From Pseudomonadota bacterium (GTDB lineage Bacteria > Pseudomonadota > Gammaproteobacteria > Burkholderiales > Burkholderiaceae_D): 64,000 nt of DNA. Numbering within the stretch: position 1 is the stretch's first letter; each line of letters starts with the position of its first letter. A program made the position numbers and the translations under genes. The DNA lies in assembly GCA_040390915.1 (NCBI GenBank), contig JAZJXM010000005.1, forward strand, positions 23,343 to 87,342, in the 5' to 3' direction. The notes below the pieces were generated by a model. The model was given only the letters and a program-made list of their open reading frames with translations. It had not been told where the DNA came from and made no database searches. Shown here one piece after another: positions 48,283 through 58,434 of the stretch.

Positions 48283-51045
48283 TTAGCGGGCCAGCGTGCT
48301 GCCGTCGGGCGCGAGCACGATCACCTCGCCCCAGCCCAGTTCGCGCACGCCTTTTTCGATCTTGCGCAAGTCGCCCACCACCAGCCAGATCACCTCGTTC
48401 GGACGGATGAACTTGCTTGCCGCGGCAGCCAGCTGCGGTTCGCCCAGGCTGCGGATATTGCCCGCGTAGCGTGCCCAGTAATCGTCCGCCAAGCCCAAGT
48501 TGACCGAGGTCAAGGCAGCGCCTTCAAGCGCGGCGATGGTCTCGAAACGGCCCGCCATGCGCGACGTCATGTTGCGCATGATGCTGTGGTATTCGTCGCC
48601 CGCCAGCGGACGTTCGCCTGCCACGCCGCGCAGTTCCATCGCCACTTCCTGCATCGCCTCAACCGTCTTGTCGGTCTGCACCGGCGCGAACACCAGCATC
48701 GAACGCTGGCCGCGCTGGCCGGTCAGCATGCCCTGGGTGCCATAGCTCCAGTGCTTGTCCAGGCGCAGGTTGCGGTTCAGGCGCGAGGTCGCCATGCCGC
48801 CGAAGTTCTGCATCACCGGTTCGAGTGCCAAGTCTTCCGGCTGGCCCTGCAGTTCGGAGATGTGGGCCGCCACGATGGTCGATTGCGGCGCGTCCGGGCG
48901 GTCGACCAGGTAGACCTTGCCGCCGCTGCTCCTCGCTACCGGCAACACCTGCTTGGCCGGTGCGCTGCCCGCTTTCCAGGCGCCGAAGTTCGCTTCCAGC
49001 GCCGGCATGACTTTGGCCAGCGTGGTGTCGCCGCTGACGACGATGGTGGCGCTGCCTGGCTTGAACCAGTCGGCGTGCCACTTGGCCAGGTCGGCGGCGC
49101 TGATGGCGGCCACGCTGGCCTCGGTGCCCTGCGCCGAACGGCCGTAAGCATGTTCAGGACCGTACAGCAGGCCGGGGATGATGCGCAGCGCCAGGCCGTT
49201 CGGGCTGGCGCGCTCCTGGCCGATCTGGGCCAGGCGGCGCTGCTTTTGCAGCGTGAACTGGTCCTGGGCGAAGGCCGGGTTGAGCGCCGCATCGGCCATC
49301 AGCGCAATCGATGGCGCCAGGTTGGCCGCGGTCGATTGCAGCTTGACGAGCGACATGTCGCTGCTGGTGCCGGTGTTCAGGTGCGCGCCGAGCGATTCGA
49401 GCGCGTCCGACAGCGCGAACGCGTCGCGCGTGCGGGTGCCCTTGTCGAGCAGGTCCAGCGCCAGCGAGGCCACGCCAGCCTTGGCGTTGGTGTCGGACGC
49501 TGCGCCGGCGTCGAGCGCCAGCGACACGTTGACGATCGGCGCCGAATGGCGTTCCAGCAGCACCACCTTGAGCCCGTTTTTGAGCTGGGCGCGCTGCAGC
49601 ACCGGGAAGCCGACGTCGGGCGCGGTGCCCAGCGCTGGCAGCACCTTGCGGTCCAGCGTGGTCTTGGCGGCGGAAAGCTTGGCGAACGGGCGCACCGTCA
49701 TCGTGTAGTGGTGCGCGTTGCCCAGCCAGCGCTGGGCGGCCGCCTGGGCCTGGGCCGGGGTGGTGGTGGCCATCTGCTGCAGGCGGTCCAGGTAGGCGTC
49801 GGGCGAGCCGCCGTAGGTCATGTGTTCATTGAGCACGTCGGAGCGCCCGCCCATGCCGCCCAAGCGCTCGATCGAACGCGAATAGCCGGCCAGGCTGGCG
49901 GTCACCGAACGCGCCAGGTCGGCCGCCTTGGGGCCGTCCTTGATCATCTGCGCCAGCACCAGGTCCATTTCCCGCTCGACCTGCGCCACATCGGCACCCG
50001 GCTTGACGGTGACGACGATGTTGAAGGTGCTGCTCAATTCGCCGTCTTCGACGTAGGCGTTAACGGCGGTGGCCAGGCCTTTCTCGTACACCAGGCGGCG
50101 CGTCAGCGGCGCGCTCTTGGAGCCGGCCAGCGCTTCGCCGAACATGCCCAGCTGCTGCAGTTGCGCATCGCGCCAGGCCGGCGCGTGATAGCTGCGGTAG
50201 ATGCGCGCCTGCGGCACCTGGTCTTCCATTTCGTCGCGGATATCGCGATCCAGTGCCGGCACCCAGGTGGCGCTGCGGGCCAGCGCAGGTCCAGGCGGAA
50301 TGGCGCCGAAATACTTGTTCACCAGGGCCAAAGCGCGCTCCGGCGTGATGTCGCCGGCCAGCGTCAGCACCGCATTGTTGGGGCCATAGTAGGTTGCATA
50401 CCACTGCTTGATGTCGGCCAGCGAGGCGGCATTCAAGTCATCCATGCTGCCGATCGTGGACCACGAATACGGGTGCGAATAGGGGTACATCTTGGCCAGC
50501 TTTTCGTACTGCGTCTTGCTGTACGGCTGGTTGTCGCCCTGGCGCTTCTCGTTTTGCACCACGCCGCGTTCGCGCTCGAGCATCTCCTTGGAGATGTAGT
50601 TGGCCAGGTAGCCCATGCGGTCCGACTCCAGGAACAGCGTGCGTTCGAGCGCGGCCACCGGCACGTCTTCGAAGAAATTGGTGCGGTCGCCGTTGGTGGT
50701 GCCGTTGCGGTTATTTGCGCCCAGGTCGTCCATCGCTTCGCGAAAGCCATGCGGATAGTTTTCCGAGCCGTTGAAGAAGAAGTGCTCGAACAGGTGCGCA
50801 AAGCCGGTCTTGCCGCGTACCTCGTTGCGCGATCCGACGTGATACCAGATGTTCACGCCCACCACCGGCACGTTATGGTCTTCGTGCACGATCAGCGTCA
50901 GGCCGTTCGAGAGCACGAATTTCTGGTACGGGATGGTGTACGCCTTGCGATCGAAGGCAACGCTGGCTGGCGCCGGCTTGGCGGGCGCCGCGTGGACGGC
51001 TGCTGCGAGGCTCAGTGCCAGGCATGCGAATAGGGTCTTTTTCAT
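48283..51045 (-). CDS. Exported M16 (pitrilysin/insulinase) family zinc peptidase, double-unit
   Basis: Signal peptide MKKTLFACLALSLAAAVHA, inverted zincin HLFEH, and a ~920-aa tandem M16 architecture. Confidence 0.9.
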   Translation of the reverse strand: MKKTLFACLALSLAAAVHAAPAKPAPASVAFDRKAYTIPYQKFVLSNGLTLIVHEDHNVPVVGVNIWYHVGSRNEVRGKTGFAHLFEHFFFNGSENYPHGFREAMDDLGANNRNGTTNGDRTNFFEDVPVAALERTLFLESDRMGYLANYISKEMLERERGVVQNEKRQGDNQPYSKTQYEKLAKMYPYSHPYSWSTIGSMDDLNAASLADIKQWYATYYGPNNAVLTLAGDITPERALALVNKYFGAIPPGPALARSATWVPALDRDIRDEMEDQVPQARIYRSYHAPAWRDAQLQQLGMFGEALAGSKSAPLTRRLVYEKGLATAVNAYVEDGELSSTFNIVVTVKPGADVAQVEREMDLVLAQMIKDGPKAADLARSVTASLAGYSRSIERLGGMGGRSDVLNEHMTYGGSPDAYLDRLQQMATTTPAQAQAAAQRWLGNAHHYTMTVRPFAKLSAAKTTLDRKVLPALGTAPDVGFPVLQRAQLKNGLKVVLLERHSAPIVNVSLALDAGAASDTNAKAGVASLALDLLDKGTRTRDAFALSDALESLGAHLNTGTSSDMSLVKLQSTAANLAPSIALMADAALNPAFAQDQFTLQKQRRLAQIGQERASPNGLALRIIPGLLYGPEHAYGRSAQGTEASVAAISAADLAKWHADWFKPGSATIVVSGDTTLAKVMPALEANFGAWKAGSAPAKQVLPVARSSGGKVYLVDRPDAPQSTIVAAHISELQGQPEDLALEPVMQNFGGMATSRLNRNLRLDKHWSYGTQGMLTGQRGQRSMLVFAPVQTDKTVEAMQEVAMELRGVAGERPLAGDEYHSIMRNMTSRMAGRFETIAALEGAALTSVNLGLADDYWARYAGNIRSLGEPQLAAAASKFIRPNEVIWLVVGDLRKIEKGVRELGWGEVIVLAPDGSTLAR

Positions 51046-51131
51046 AGTGCACCTGTGACGATGGGATCGCACATTCTGACAGAGGTGGCAGCGGGGGCGC
51101 TGCTATTTTTGATATGTATATGCGGCGCGGG

Positions 51132-52667
51132 CTAGCTGCCGGCCAGCTCCGCGCACAGGCGCAGCACGTGGCTGCGCTGTTCCGCATTCATGCGCGCTTC
51201 GGCCGCGTTCATGTACTTGCGCGCGTCAGGCTCGCCGCCGCGCTCAGCCTGCAGCAGCCAGGCGTACGCCGCCAGCAAATCGCGCCGCGCGCCCTGCCCG
51301 CTGCTGTGCATCAGTCCCAGGTTGAACTGGGCCCGCGCGTGGCCCTGGCGCGCGGCCCGGATGTACCAGGAAAAGGCGGCCAGGTAATCGCGCGCCACGC
51401 CGCGCCCGGCGTCATAGCGCAAGCCCATCTCGAACTGGGCGCGCGCATGGCCTTGTGCGGCCGCCTTCAGGTACCAGGCCAGCGCCTGGTCGGGATCATG
51501 CAGGGGCGTGCCGGCACGGTCGTACAGCGCGCCCATCATGAACTGGGCCGGCACGTAATCCTTGTCGGCGGCGCGCCGGTACCAGGCCATGGCCGCCTGC
51601 TGATCCTGGGCGACGCCGATCCCGCCCTCGTAGCGCAGCGCGATGTCGAACTGGGCCCGCAGGTGGCCCTGCTCGGCCGCCTTGCGCATCCAGGCCGCGC
51701 CCTGCTCCGACTGCGGTGCCAGCAAGCCCAGATGGTACTGGGCGCCGGCGTAGCCTTGCGCGGCCGCCTTGGCATACCAGTCGTGCGCGCGCGCCAGGTC
51801 GCGTTCGACGCCACTGCCGTTCTCGTAGCGCAGCCCGAGGTGGTCCTGGGCCGCCGCATGGCCTTGTTCGGCGGCCTTGCGGAACCAGTCCAGCGCTGGC
51901 GCGCCGTCAAGGACCAGGCCCAGGTTGAACTGGGCGCTGGCGTGGCCCTGCCCGGCTGCGCGCCGGTACCAGGCGACCGCCTTGTCGGTGTCCTGCTCGA
52001 GATCCTGGCCTTTGTCGTAGCGCAGCGCCAGGTTGAACTGGGCCGGCGCGTAGCCGTGATCGGCCGCCTTGCGAAACCAGGCCAGCGCCTGCTGGGCGTC
52101 CTGTTCGACTCCCTGCCCGCTGTCGTAGTGCAGCCCCAGGTTGAACTGGGCCCGCGCGTAGCCCTGCTCGGCGGCCTTGCGGTACCAGGCCACCGCCTTG
52201 TGCGCGTCCTGCGGCGCGCCCTTGCCGGTCTCGTACATCTGGCCCAGGTTGTTCTGGGCGCCGGCGTTGCCCTGCATGGCCGCCAGCGTGAACCAGTGGC
52301 GCGCCGTCTGCACGTCCAGCACCACGCCAAGGCCCTTGGCATACATCCAGCCCAGGTTGTACTGGGCTGCCGCGTAACCCTGTTCGGCGGCCAGGATGTA
52401 CCAGTGCGCGGCCAGCTGGTCGTCTTGCGCCACCCCCTGGCCGCGCTGGTACATCACGCCCAGGTTGTACTGCGCATGATCGAGCCCCGCGTAGCCGGCC
52501 TTCAGGTACCAGTGCAGCGCCAGCTCCAGGTCGCGCGCCACGTTGTCGCCGTTGAAGTACATGAAACCGAGGCTGTGCATGGCGCCGGCCACGCCGCGCT
52601 GCGCCATGGCCTTGACGCGCAGGAATTCGGCGGTGTGCTTGGTGGTCGACGAAACGGCAGCGCTCAT
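51132..52667 (-). CDS. Sel1-repeat (SLR) protein, ~13 tandem repeats
   Basis: The unit A..WY.KAA.QG.A.AQFNLG..Y..G.GV..D recurs about 13 times. The DNA-level periodicity explains the many overlapping track ORFs here. No signal peptide. Confidence 0.88.
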   Translation of the reverse strand: MSAAVSSTTKHTAEFLRVKAMAQRGVAGAMHSLGFMYFNGDNVARDLELALHWYLKAGYAGLDHAQYNLGVMYQRGQGVAQDDQLAAHWYILAAEQGYAAAQYNLGWMYAKGLGVVLDVQTARHWFTLAAMQGNAGAQNNLGQMYETGKGAPQDAHKAVAWYRKAAEQGYARAQFNLGLHYDSGQGVEQDAQQALAWFRKAADHGYAPAQFNLALRYDKGQDLEQDTDKAVAWYRRAAGQGHASAQFNLGLVLDGAPALDWFRKAAEQGHAAAQDHLGLRYENGSGVERDLARAHDWYAKAAAQGYAGAQYHLGLLAPQSEQGAAWMRKAAEQGHLRAQFDIALRYEGGIGVAQDQQAAMAWYRRAADKDYVPAQFMMGALYDRAGTPLHDPDQALAWYLKAAAQGHARAQFEMGLRYDAGRGVARDYLAAFSWYIRAARQGHARAQFNLGLMHSSGQGARRDLLAAYAWLLQAERGGEPDARKYMNAAEARMNAEQRSHVLRLCAELAGS

Positions 52668-52677
52668 TGCCAGCGGC

Positions 52678-54879
52678 TTAGCTACAGCGCGTGATCAGCG
52701 AATTTTGCTCTTGCAGCACGCAGATGAAATCGGCCAGCGAGACAGGCCGGTGGTACAAATAACCCTGCATGGTCAGGCAGCCATTCGACTTCAGGTAGCG
52801 CGACTGGATATCGGTCTCGACACCCTCGGCGATCAGGTGCAGGCCCAGCCCGCGCGCGATCGAGATGATCGCCAGGATGACCGGATAGTGGCCCTGCTCG
52901 TCGTGGATTTCCTTCACAAACGACTGGTCGATCTTGATCGTGTGGATCGGGAAGCGGTGCAGGTAGGACAGCGACGAATAGCCGGTGCCGAAATCGTCAA
53001 TCGCCACCGACACGCCCAGCTGGCACAGCTTGTTGAGCTGTTCGATCGCGTATTGCGGATTGCGGATGCAGATGTTTTCGGTGATCTCGACTTCAATCTG
53101 GGCCGGCGAAATCCCGTAGCGCACCAGCGCACCGCGCATCTTCTCGAAGAAGTCGCCGCGGTCCAGGTATTGCGGCGACAGGTTCAAAGACAGCCGCACC
53201 GACTGGCCGCCGGCCGCGTTCCAGATCTGCATGTCGCGGCACAGCGCGCCGATCATCCAGTCCGAAATCGGCAGCATCAAGCCATTGTCCTCGGCGAACG
53301 GCAGGAACTCGCCGGCCGTGAGCAAGCCGCGCTGCGGGTGGTTCCAGCGCATCAGGCCTTCGGCGCCGATGATGCGCCCGGTGATGACGTCGATCTGCGG
53401 CTGGTAATACATTTCCAGCTCGTCGTGATCGAGCGCCTTGCGCAGGCTCTGTTCGAGCGCGATCTTCTGGTGCGACACGTCCAGCATGGCGCTGTTGTAG
53501 AAACTGTGGCCGTTCTTGCCCAGCGCCTTGACCTGGTACATGGCGATGTCGGCGTGGCGCAGCAGTTCGTCGATCGATTCGCCATCGGCCGGATAGACGG
53601 CAATGCCGATGCTGGCCGAAATATGTACTTCGTGGCCATCAAGGTCGAACGGCTTTTGCAAACATTCGAGGAATTTGTCAGCGATCGCGATGGCGTCGCC
53701 GCGGTCGCGCAGTTCGGGCAGCACGATCGTGAATTCGTCGCCACCCTGGCGCGCCAGCGTGTCGCCGCGCCGCAGGCAGTCCTTCAGGCGCAGCGAGACC
53801 TGCTGCAGCAGTTCGTCGCCCTTGACGTGGCCCAGCGTGTCGTTGACCAGCTTGAAGCGGTCCAGGTCGATGAACATGACGGCCAGCTCGGTGACCTTGC
53901 GCTTGGCCTGGATCACGGCCAGCCCAAGGCGGTCCTTGAACAGCATGCGGTTGGGCAGGTCGGTCAGGATGTCGTGGTAGGCCTGGTAGGAGATCACTTC
54001 CTCGGCGCGCTTGCGGTCGGTGATGTCGCGCGCCACGCCATAGGTGCCGAAAAATTCGAGCCGCTTGACCTCGTGATCGGGCACGTGCATGCCGATCGAA
54101 TTGAGCGAGATCGTCATCAAGGTGTTGTTGAAGGTGCGGTCGGCGCCATTGCCGTTGTAGCACTTCAGGCGCAGTTCGACATTGCGCGACGCCCGTTCGT
54201 CGACCCGGCGCTCGTTGAACACATAGCGCGCCCGTTCGAGGTCCTCGTCATGCACCAGGATCGAGTAGTGCTTGCCGATCAGGTCTTCGCGCGAAAAGCC
54301 CAGCAGCTGGTAGGCGCGGTCGTTGACGAACGTGAAGTGGCCTTCGTGGTTCAGGGTATAGATGATGTCGGGCGAACTGTCGACCAGGTAGCGGTACAGT
54401 TTTTCCGAGTTTTCCAGCTGCGAAGCGATGCGTTGATTGGCCAGTTCCAGACGCCGCTGGGACAGCGCGTTGGCCACCGTCTTGAGCAGCTCTTCGCGGC
54501 TGTACGGTTTGCGCAGGTAGTCGTAGGCGCCGCGCTTGAGCGCGCCGATGGCCGCTTCGATGCCGACATCGCCGCTCATGACGATCACGTCGCAGGCGAT
54601 GCCCTTGTCGTTGATGTAGTCCATGATCTCGTGGCCGCTCATGTCGGGCAGGCGCAGGTCGAGCAGGACCAGGTCGAATTTGAGTTTGTTCAGCTGGGCC
54701 AGGGCTTCGGCGCCGCAGGTGGCGGTGACGAGGTGGTAGCCGCGGTCGCGCAGCAGTTCGTGCAGCGACGCCAGCAAGCGCGGCTCGTCGTCGACCAGCA
54801 GGATGCGCGGCAGCAGGTCCAGATCCAGCTGCGTGCTCGACGCTTCCTTGAAGAGGTTCAGGGCCGGGTTGGCGCTCAT
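52678..54879 (-). CDS. Response regulator with REC-PAS-GGDEF-EAL architecture
   Basis: RILLVDDEPRLL...DLVLLDLRLPDMSG (REC), a PAS region, RQGGDEFTIVL (GGDEF), and EMYYQPQ / EVEITE / DDFGTGYSSLSYL (EAL). Confidence 0.92.
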   Translation of the reverse strand: MSANPALNLFKEASSTQLDLDLLPRILLVDDEPRLLASLHELLRDRGYHLVTATCGAEALAQLNKLKFDLVLLDLRLPDMSGHEIMDYINDKGIACDVIVMSGDVGIEAAIGALKRGAYDYLRKPYSREELLKTVANALSQRRLELANQRIASQLENSEKLYRYLVDSSPDIIYTLNHEGHFTFVNDRAYQLLGFSREDLIGKHYSILVHDEDLERARYVFNERRVDERASRNVELRLKCYNGNGADRTFNNTLMTISLNSIGMHVPDHEVKRLEFFGTYGVARDITDRKRAEEVISYQAYHDILTDLPNRMLFKDRLGLAVIQAKRKVTELAVMFIDLDRFKLVNDTLGHVKGDELLQQVSLRLKDCLRRGDTLARQGGDEFTIVLPELRDRGDAIAIADKFLECLQKPFDLDGHEVHISASIGIAVYPADGESIDELLRHADIAMYQVKALGKNGHSFYNSAMLDVSHQKIALEQSLRKALDHDELEMYYQPQIDVITGRIIGAEGLMRWNHPQRGLLTAGEFLPFAEDNGLMLPISDWMIGALCRDMQIWNAAGGQSVRLSLNLSPQYLDRGDFFEKMRGALVRYGISPAQIEVEITENICIRNPQYAIEQLNKLCQLGVSVAIDDFGTGYSSLSYLHRFPIHTIKIDQSFVKEIHDEQGHYPVILAIISIARGLGLHLIAEGVETDIQSRYLKSNGCLTMQGYLYHRPVSLADFICVLQEQNSLITRCS

Positions 54880-57020
54880 GCCTGATCCATCGCGCGCGCG
54901 TGGGCCGCGGCAGCCGGCAGCAGGATTTCAAACGTGGTGCCGGTGCGCCCGCTGCGGCAGGCGATCATGCCGTCGAGTTTTTTCACCAGACCGTGCACGA
55001 TCGACAGTCCCAGGCCGTGGTGCGGGCCTTCCTTGGCGCTGCGCACCTGCGAAAACAGATTGGCCAACATCTCGGGCGCCAGGCCCGGACCGTTGTCGGA
55101 CACCAGCAGTTCCACATACAGCTTGCGGTCGCGGTTGACCTGGCCGCGGTTGACGATCTCGATCTTGCCGCCGGCCGGCAGCGCCTCGATCGCGTTCTTG
55201 ACCAGGTTGACCAGGATCTGCTTGAGTACATCGGCGTCGACCATCACGTCGCACGCTTCTTCGCGCATGCTGGCCACCAGCTGCACGCCGGCCGGCACGA
55301 AATCGGTGGCGCGAAACAGGCGCACCACGTCGTCGACGACGCGCGCGCAGTCGGTCACTTGCGGCGCGCCTGCGCTGGGCACTTCGGCCAGGCCGTTGAT
55401 CAGGTGACCGACACGGTCGATTTCTTCGTTCAGGATCGACATTTCGCCGACCACAGGTTCATGCCGCGACAATTTGTTATCCAGTACGCTCAGGTAGTTC
55501 TTGATGATGGCCAGCGGGTTGTTCACTTCGTGCACCACGCGGCGCGACGCTTCGCGGTATTCTTCGGCGGCGTTGGCCAGCTGGCGGCGCGCATGGCCGC
55601 GCTCGAGCAGCGCCGTCTCCAGCGCGCCGGCCGCCTGCAGGCCGAACGAGTGCATGAATTTTTCGCGCTTCTGGCAGCCTGCCACCTGCCAGGCGGCGAC
55701 CCCGCCCACCAGCACGCCCAGGCAGCGCGATCCGGCCACCAGCGGCACGCACACCATGCTGTCGGTGCCGAGAATGCGCAGCAGCTGCTGTTCGGCCAGG
55801 CCCAGGTCGATGCCGCCGTGGCCGATGAAGGCAAGGCGCCGTTCGCGCGCGCAATCGGCCAGCGCCCCGCCCTTGTCGAGCGCGACGGAAAATTCGGCGA
55901 TGCGCTGCGGCTCGCCGCCGGGCGCGCCGATCAAGGCATGGCCGGCCGGGCTTTCCAGCAGGATGACGGTGTTATCGAAATCGAACAAAATGCGCGCCGA
56001 GCGCGTCATCGATTCGAGCAGCCCGCTTTCGCCTTGCTGGCGGGCGAAGGCCTGGCCCACTTCGGACACCAGCACCAGATTGCGCACTTCTTCGGCCAGG
56101 CGCTGCTGGACCGGGTCAACTGTCGGCGCGGCGTAGGCGGGCGGCGCCACCACGTCGTCGGCGCCAGCCAGGTCAATGCCCAGGTGCGCGGCCGACTTGG
56201 CCACCTGGCGCGCAGCCGCTTCGATGATCGGCCCGGCCGCGTCCAGCTCCAGGCCGCACAAGCTCATTGAAGCGGCGACTTCTTCGTCGTGTGCATCGTG
56301 GGTCGAGAGCAGGTGCGCCAGGCGCACGATGCGGATCAACGGGTGGCTGGACTCCAGGCGGCTGCTCGGCTCATGGTGGTACAGCACCGAATCGGCCAGG
56401 AAGGAATCGAGATGCCAGCGTTCGATCAGCCAGGCGCCCGCTTCCGAGTGGGTAATCTGCAAGGTGCGCTGTTCGACCGCGCACAAGTCTTCGTCGTCGC
56501 GCGCGGTGAAATTGAAAGCGTATTCCTGGGGCGCGGTGGCCAGCAGCGCCAGGCGTCCGACGTTGTGCAGCAGGCCGGCCAGGTAGGCCTCTTCGAGCTG
56601 CGCATATTCCATGCGCTTGGCCAGGTCGCGCGCGATCACGGCGGCCGTCAGCGAATGCTTCCAGAAGCTGCGCAAATCGGTGCTGCCGGAATGGGGGAAG
56701 TTATTGAAGGTCTGGAATACCGACTCGCCGATCACCAGCATCTTGATCATGTCGGTGCCCAGCGCCACCAGCGACTGCTCCAGGCCAATGCTGCGCGCGC
56801 TGCGGTGGTAGGCCGAACTGTTGGCCACGCCGAGGATCTTGCTGGTCATGCCGGCGTCTTTGCCCACCAGCGCGGCCAACTCCTGCATGCCCAGGTCATC
56901 GGCTTGCAAGTGCTCTATCAACTTGATCAGTGTCTGCGGCATGGCCGGCAGACGGGCAATCAACAATCGATTGCGAATGTCAGGGTCTGATTGATGCATT
57001 GTCTCAAGCACGGCCGCCAA
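54876..57020 (-). CDS. Cytoplasmic HDOD-GAF histidine kinase
   Basis: HDOD (LPAMPQTLIKLIE...LLHNVGRLAL...YHHEP), a GAF-like middle, H-box VVHEVNNPLAIIKNY, and HATPase (LVKNAIEA...DNGPGL...GLGLSIV). Its stop overlaps the downstream REC protein start (ATGA). Confidence 0.88.
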   Translation of the reverse strand: MAAVLETMHQSDPDIRNRLLIARLPAMPQTLIKLIEHLQADDLGMQELAALVGKDAGMTSKILGVANSSAYHRSARSIGLEQSLVALGTDMIKMLVIGESVFQTFNNFPHSGSTDLRSFWKHSLTAAVIARDLAKRMEYAQLEEAYLAGLLHNVGRLALLATAPQEYAFNFTARDDEDLCAVEQRTLQITHSEAGAWLIERWHLDSFLADSVLYHHEPSSRLESSHPLIRIVRLAHLLSTHDAHDEEVAASMSLCGLELDAAGPIIEAAARQVAKSAAHLGIDLAGADDVVAPPAYAAPTVDPVQQRLAEEVRNLVLVSEVGQAFARQQGESGLLESMTRSARILFDFDNTVILLESPAGHALIGAPGGEPQRIAEFSVALDKGGALADCARERRLAFIGHGGIDLGLAEQQLLRILGTDSMVCVPLVAGSRCLGVLVGGVAAWQVAGCQKREKFMHSFGLQAAGALETALLERGHARRQLANAAEEYREASRRVVHEVNNPLAIIKNYLSVLDNKLSRHEPVVGEMSILNEEIDRVGHLINGLAEVPSAGAPQVTDCARVVDDVVRLFRATDFVPAGVQLVASMREEACDVMVDADVLKQILVNLVKNAIEALPAGGKIEIVNRGQVNRDRKLYVELLVSDNGPGLAPEMLANLFSQVRSAKEGPHHGLGLSIVHGLVKKLDGMIACRSGRTGTTFEILLPAAAAHARAMDQA

Positions 57021-57153
57021 TAATCGTTGTGTTCAGGTGGCGCTCAACGGCAAAGCGTCCACGTCGTTTTTTTACCTTAGCATATATACACTAAAGTTGG
57101 CATATGGAACATATCCAGGTGAAAAAAAATTTATTCGCACCACATATTTACAG

Positions 57154-58434
57154 TCAAAAACGGGGGTTGCGGGCCAGATGGCGCCGGTAAATGCGCGAGG
57201 CGACCCACAAGCCGAGCGCGCACACGGCAAAGCCCAGCTGTCCATACGCCAGCCACCGCACCGAGTGCGACAGGAATGGCGCGATCACGCCAGCCACCAA
57301 CGCCCCCAGCAAGGTGACCGCAAACGACTGGCACGATGCCACCGTGCCGCGGATATGCGGGAACAGGTCGAGCGCCAGCAAGGTGGCGCCGGGGGAAATG
57401 ATGGACATGCCGAAGGTGTAGAAAAACAGCGGCACGAAGGTCCATGGCAGCGCCGGCGGAAAGAAGCTGTGGTACAGCACATTGGCCAGCGCCGCGCTGA
57501 GCAAAGCACCAAAACCGATGCCGATCTGGCGCACGAACGTCATCTTGCCGGCGATCCGGTTGGCCGCCAGCGCGCCCAGGAAAATGCCCGACACCGCCGG
57601 AATGAACAGCCAGCCGAACTGGCTGGGACCGAGGCCCATGTGCTGCGGCAGCATCACTGGCGCGGCCGTGATGTACAAGAACAGGCCGGCGAAATTGAGG
57701 GCCGAGATGCCGGCCTTCATGTGGAACAGGGGCGAACTGAAAATGTCGCGGTAGCTGGACCAAAGGAAGCTCGGATTGAACGGCTGGCGCTTTTCCAGCG
57801 GCAGCGTTTCGGGCAGCTTGCGCCAGCAGTAGATCAGCAACGCCACCGAGTAGCCAAGCAAGGCCAGGAAGATCGCGCGCCAGTCAAAAAAAGTGACGAT
57901 CCAGCCGCCCAGGATCGGCGCCACCGCCGGCGCGATGGTGAAGATCATCGTCACCAGCGACAGCAAGCGGGCCGCCGCCGCATCGGCGAACAGGTCGCGG
58001 ATGATGGCGCGCCCGACCACTACCCCGGCCCCGGCCGACACCCCCTGCATGATGCGAAACACCCACAAGTAATGCACGCTGTGCGAAGCGGCGCAGCCGA
58101 AGGTGCCGATGATGAACACCATCAGCGAGCACAGGATCACGTTGCGCCGTCCGAAAGCGTCCGCCAGCGCGCCATGCCACAGCACCATGCCGGAAAACGC
58201 CAGCATGTAGGCCGTCAGCGTCTGCTGCACCTCGATCGGCGTGGCGCGCAAATCGGCCTGGATATTCGGGAAGGCCGGCAGGTAGGCGTCGATCGAGAAT
58301 GGGCCCAGCATCGACAAGCCGGCCAGCAGCACTGCCAGCATCACCGTGCCGGGCACCGCGATCCGGTGCACCGGCGGCAGCGGCACCGGGGTGACCGGGT
58401 CCGGCGGCAAGTTGGACGGCTGGACCGGGAACAT
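57154..58434 (-). CDS. MFS drug-efflux transporter (Bcr/CflA-like)
   Basis: 12-TM pattern, LGPFSIDAYLPAFPNIQADL and GRRNVIL motifs. Start set at MFPVQPS, which overlaps the upstream stop (TGATG). Confidence 0.85.
   Translation of the reverse strand: MFPVQPSNLPPDPVTPVPLPPVHRIAVPGTVMLAVLLAGLSMLGPFSIDAYLPAFPNIQADLRATPIEVQQTLTAYMLAFSGMVLWHGALADAFGRRNVILCSLMVFIIGTFGCAASHSVHYLWVFRIMQGVSAGAGVVVGRAIIRDLFADAAAARLLSLVTMIFTIAPAVAPILGGWIVTFFDWRAIFLALLGYSVALLIYCWRKLPETLPLEKRQPFNPSFLWSSYRDIFSSPLFHMKAGISALNFAGLFLYITAAPVMLPQHMGLGPSQFGWLFIPAVSGIFLGALAANRIAGKMTFVRQIGIGFGALLSAALANVLYHSFFPPALPWTFVPLFFYTFGMSIISPGATLLALDLFPHIRGTVASCQSFAVTLLGALVAGVIAPFLSHSVRWLAYGQLGFAVCALGLWVASRIYRRHLARNPRF

Noticed and set aside
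47677-51033. 1118-aa plus-strand ORF, the longest in the window
   Set aside because: It lies opposite the M16 peptidase and the glycosylase genes, both of which have clear motifs and signal/start features. The translation has no domains and is an Arg/Ala/Gly/His-rich artefact.
51132-52667. Regular ~108-nt DNA periodicity that could be mistaken for a repeat array or CRISPR
   Set aside because: The period equals the 36-aa Sel1 unit of a continuous 511-aa ORF. There are no unique spacers and no cas genes. It is coding tandem repetition.
52543-54885. 780-aa plus-strand ORF opposite the REC-PAS-GGDEF-EAL gene; similarly 29627..31315 (-) opposite recQ, 42292..43590 and 43663..44844 (-) opposite the TonB receptor, 26595..27980 (-) opposite the multicopper oxidase
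   Set aside because: All are mirror-frame ORFs of genes with strong motif support. None has a start context or a recognisable fold signature.
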